Source of the DNA: the human T2T-CHM13v2.0 reference genome, Homo sapiens
Assembly (NCBI RefSeq): GCF_009914755.1
Contig: NC_060925.1
Reading direction: 5' to 3' (one strand)
Length of the DNA stretch: 64,000 nt
Part shown: positions 59,885 through 64,000 of the stretch, in pieces
Layout: each line of letters opens with the position of its first letter
How positions within the stretch are numbered: the first letter of the stretch is position 1
Notes under the pieces: generated by a model
Database searches by the model: none
What the model was told of the DNA's origin: nothing
The model's input: the letters and a program-made list of their open reading frames with translations, nothing else
Translations under genes and position numbers: made by a program

Positions 59885-61138
59885 TTTTCAGCATTAGTTC
59901 TTAGAAGATATTGACATAGATCATTACAAAATAAGTAAAAACACAAAGCTTGCTACAAAACTTTATTTTACAATGAGTAATTTTCTTCATCATGAGCATA
60001 TAGCATCTTTATATGGCCTGTAATGTAAAACTAATGAGGAATTATAATGGGATAACTGGAGTAGAGATATTGTCTATTCTCACAAAGATTTTATAATGTA
60101 AGCAGAGGCAAACATACATACACTAAAAAATTGTGTGTGGATGTGCATTTTAAATATCGTATATAAAGTGCTAACAGGATATTCTTGTAGGAATTTCAAG
60201 CATAACGTTCAAAATGGTAATATGATCTCAGATTAGAGCTCAGACATAAAAGCAATAATTGAAGTCCATAGAGCAAGAAAATAAAGGTTTTCCTCATTTT
60301 TCAGACTGTGAGCTTGGTAAACATTCACAAGACAGATTTCAGAAGAACAAATAGAATTAGCAAAGTAGGTAATGAGTGGTCACAAATATAGAAGGGCAAC
60401 ACAGACAATAAAAGGGGTAAGAATACAGTTTAATCAAGTATTAAACACATCATAGAGGTCACATATAATAAATACAGAAAGAAAAAGCAACTGCGGATTT
60501 GGGGTTGAGTTGCTTAGAGAGCCAAGACTCCTTTTTCCTTCAGTGTTGTTAGCTCCAGGCTGATAAATGGGTTAATTTTATGGACTGAGTTCCTACTTAG
60601 GCTAATAAAATATGGCAATAATAATGAGACAATAGTAGTAGCTTATCTGCTCCCCAAAGCCCTCAGAGACAATGTTTCATGGAGTAAGTGAAACTAGAGA
60701 TTCAAAGGTCTCATTCTCTTTCAGAAATTCAAATCTCCTAACCTAGATTCAATGAACATGCTTCTAAGAAGCTACTCCATTTTGGAAGAACAACAGATAT
60801 TATCACCACTGAAAGAAAAGATCGTTTGGATTTGACCGAACGTTCTGTGTCTCAATACCCATCATAAGGGGAAGAAGATTCTACTACAGCTACAAAATTC
60901 AGCCTTTGGGGTGCTGCTTTGTTGGAGGTTATACCAAGATACTCACTCATTTCCTGGAAGGATCCCTAAATACAGAAAGCTAGACGGCTTTTAAGTTTTT
61001 CTAAACTCGGTAGATTAAACAGCCACTCAACTGATTCTTTGGAGCAGCTATTATGGAAATTAAAATGCCCTTTTAAAAACCAGATAAGTCCCTACTAGAG
61101 CTACGTTTCATCCCCTATGCCATCTTGCTTCTCTATGC

Positions 61139-61163
61139 ATACACACACACACACACACACACA
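61139..61163. repeat. Short (CA)n microsatellite
   Basis: Directly visible. Confidence 0.9.
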
Positions 61164-62299
61164 AAAGAAGCTTATGGATAATGTTCATTGCACTGGGAAT
61201 ATCCAAAGCAATGAATGGCTTTTAGAGTTGATTAAATGCTAAAGTGAAGCTTTTTGATAACCATGAGAGCTGACTATTGTAAGTGTACTCCAGTGTCATG
61301 AATATTACTGCTAATACATGATAAGATTTTTAAGGACATAATAAAGTGTAATAAAGAATAGATCACTTTCTTCCCTTTTGAGGTCTGGAAAGAGCTATCT
61401 TCTTTTCCTTGGGCCTTTACGATTGATGGCAAAAGGGAAGTCCTTTTAAAGTGAGTGACTTGGTCAGGGAGGTTACATAATGAGATTAATAGCTTAAAGG
61501 AATGGACTGTGTAACAGGCCGTGATGAGATTAAAGATATTTTAATATCAAAAAGGGCTTTGTGGCTTGTTAAAGAGAATACAATTTAGCATTTGAGTGCT
61601 GAGACTGACAGAAACTTTTGTTGATTAATAAGAATGTATGCCTCTTGCTGTACATTACTTAGCCGGGGAAATTGTGAGAACAGTACTTTATAGTACTGAC
61701 AGTGCACTAAAATAAAAATGCAATAACTAGAAGGTGGAGTTATTAGAGTGAAATGAACTATTGCACTTTGAACAAATGTTTCAAATTATATTTCAGTTAT
61801 TTGGTTCTTTAAAAATTCAACTGCATTTATTAAAAAGTTAATTCTATATATTTAAACAAATATGTATTGAAAGATATTGGGTTTACAATAGCAATGGGTT
61901 ATTTTTAAAAATTGGGTAATAAGCTACTATATAATCAAAAATAAATTGTGAATGTTTTCCTTTCTTTATATAGATATAAACTTCCTGTGTCATATTTATA
62001 TTGGCAATATTGATAATCATTATCTATGTCTACCAAACACTATTCAAGCATTGTATTTATATTTTATATATCCTATATTATATATTATACACACACATAC
62101 ACACATATATATGTATTTTACATATTTTTAAACATATATATATAATGTATATTTGTAAAGGACTGATAATTTAATTGAGAAGAAGACACTATTTACAAAA
62201 GGTTACGGTAGTATTTGGTAAGTTTTTATTAGTCCAGCATTTGTTCTTCTTCTTTAATAACTTTCTTTTCTACTGGAAGTGACATGTTCTTTATTTGTA

Positions 62300-62650
62300 T
62301 TGTTGAAGGTGACCAGGAGAGCCTGATATCTCTGTTCTATACTCCAGAGGAGCTCAGGCAAAGATTCCCTCCCAGAATTTTTGAAGTTGACCTAGCCAAA
62401 ATAGGACAAGCAAGTACCCTTCAAAGTATTTATTATAGCTCAGCAGCAGCAGCAGCAGCAGTCGTGGGAAAGGCCCAATTAACTTCAGGATATTTGTTGA
62501 GCTCCCTGCTGTCTGAGTCTTCTTCCCATCAGAGCCCCTTTGATTCCTGCTCATCCCCCAAGATTTGTCTCCCAGGTGGCTGCCAATTATGTAAGAGTCC
62601 ATAATATTCTTTCATTAAATTTCCCCTTGCTAAGATGAGCTCAACAAAAA
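62300..62650 (+). mobile_element. Probable old ERVL/MaLR LTR fragment containing a short CAG run (62442-62461)
   Basis: LTR-like end attaaatttccccttgctaag; family not resolved. Confidence 0.35.
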
Positions 62651-62789
62651 GGATCTCAAACCAAGGTAAACACAAACATGATTACATCACTGAAGGTAAA
62701 GCTCTTTATAATATTGTTTATGTTTTATTTTTCTTATATTGATAAAATGGATAGCAGGGACTGTTTTTGGCAGTAGCGGTGATATTGAA

Positions 62790-62900
62790 GATAATAATCT
62801 ACATATATTGAAGTTGCATTAATATATCATATTTCATAATAATCGTAAGAGGCCAATAATAATTTTATCCTCTTTTTAGAAAGAGAAAAACTGTGATATG
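62790..62900 (-). mobile_element. MIR fragment
   Basis: ttttatcctctttttagaaagagaaaaactg resembles the antisense MIR core. Confidence 0.4.
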
Positions 62901-63349
62901 AAATTTACTGTTGTATTTAAATTTCAGGGAGGGGACCCATTACTAAGAACTGAAGCTTTCAGAAAACTGTAAATCTTTACAGAAAAATGAAGGGAAAAAA
63001 GATGTGGTAGACTAGGAAAGGTGCAGAGTATTCATAAAATATTAAAAGAACCAGGTTTCTGGAGCACAAGTCATGTAGAGTAGTTGGATATGTCCTTGGG
63101 AGTTAGACAGATGAGAAAACTTAATTGACAAAAAATGAGTTAAATTATTACAATGAAGACATATAGATCTGGCCTAACTCTTCAGAAAGATCACTACAAA
63201 GAATGCATTCTACTAGAAGTTATTTAGAAAACAGTGACATCAGAGGAGACGAGAAAGTAACTGAAGTTTCTCATCAATCAACAAATTAACATGTTCCCAC
63301 AGTTATGATTTAAGCTATAGTTTCTCTCTGCCCAGAACCCCGTATCACT

Positions 63350-63990
63350 AGGTGGATGTAAATACTCAGGCATGTTAGACATAACCTGCCCAAGGGAGGT
63401 TTCCTATTTACCTCACTTTGATTCCCACCAAGTCTTCTCTCTTTCCCAATACTCCCCACTCTCAACAAGAAGAGCAACCATCCATTTGGTTGCTTAAAAA
63501 AATAATACTTTAAGTTCGTCTTTTTCTATACCAGCCAGCAGAAAGCTCTGTGGACTTTGCCATCTGAGATGTATGCAGATCATACCACTTCTCCCCATCA
63601 CAAATTTTTCCACCCCACATGATCTCTTTGAGTAAACTGCTGCCACAGGTCTCAAAGTGAACTAATCTCCTGATTCCATTCTTGCCCTATCTGACCCATT
63701 CCCATGCAACAGCAAGAGCAACATTGCCATAATCATGTGAATCGGGTCATGGCAATCCCGTTTAAAATCCCCCAACAACTTCCTGTTGCATTTAGAATAA
63801 AATACAACCTTTTCATCAGGTTCAGGAAGACCTTTCTGATTTGGCCTCTGCATACATTGCCAATGTCACTTGATACCACCTCTCCTTTTCTATTCTGCTC
63901 CTGCTGCATTGGCTGTCCTTCAGTTCCTAGAGCACGGTGAGCTCATTCCCCTTTTAGGATTTTTCTCCTTTAGTTATAAGAGGATGGCAT
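63350..63990 (+). mobile_element. L2 fragment
   Basis: ccatccatttggttgct, tttaaaatcccccaacaacttcctgttgcatttagaataaaat, ctgatttggcctctgc. Confidence 0.75.
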
Positions 63991-64000
63991 AGTTTTGAGA

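Noticed and set aside
62284-62604. 106-aa ORF with a poly-Ala run
   Set aside because: The run comes from a short CAG repeat in a probable LTR relic; no recognisable domain

Overview
AT-rich primate DNA, very probably human or great ape, dominated by interspersed repeats. I can support no host protein-coding gene, RNA gene or CRISPR array, and I see no new biological system. The ORFs above ~150 aa are decayed LINE-1 ORF2; the short ORFs that I can explain are Alu, LTR or antisense-L1 read-throughs. Main architecture: (1) a 5'-truncated L1PA3-like element at 1215-3536 carrying a 3' transduction; (2) old L1M elements at ~6.7-12, 17.3-23.1, 45.9-48 and 49.4-57.3 kb; (3) a minus-strand LTR33-type ERVL provirus at ~26.3-43.8 kb hosting a near-full-length L1MA2/3 with intact TSDs. 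That L1 in turn hosts a second L1PA3-like element, an internal inversion, an AluJ and a THE1 LTR. The best leads are non-consensus ORF2 substitutions shared by the two L1PA3-like copies 32 kb apart (possible gene conversion), the 3' transduction, two short copies each templated from ~1.5 kb downstream, a very young AluYa-lineage insertion and a candidate 45-nt exon. Subfamily names come from recalled consensus sequences, not a database search; boundaries of old elements are approximate.
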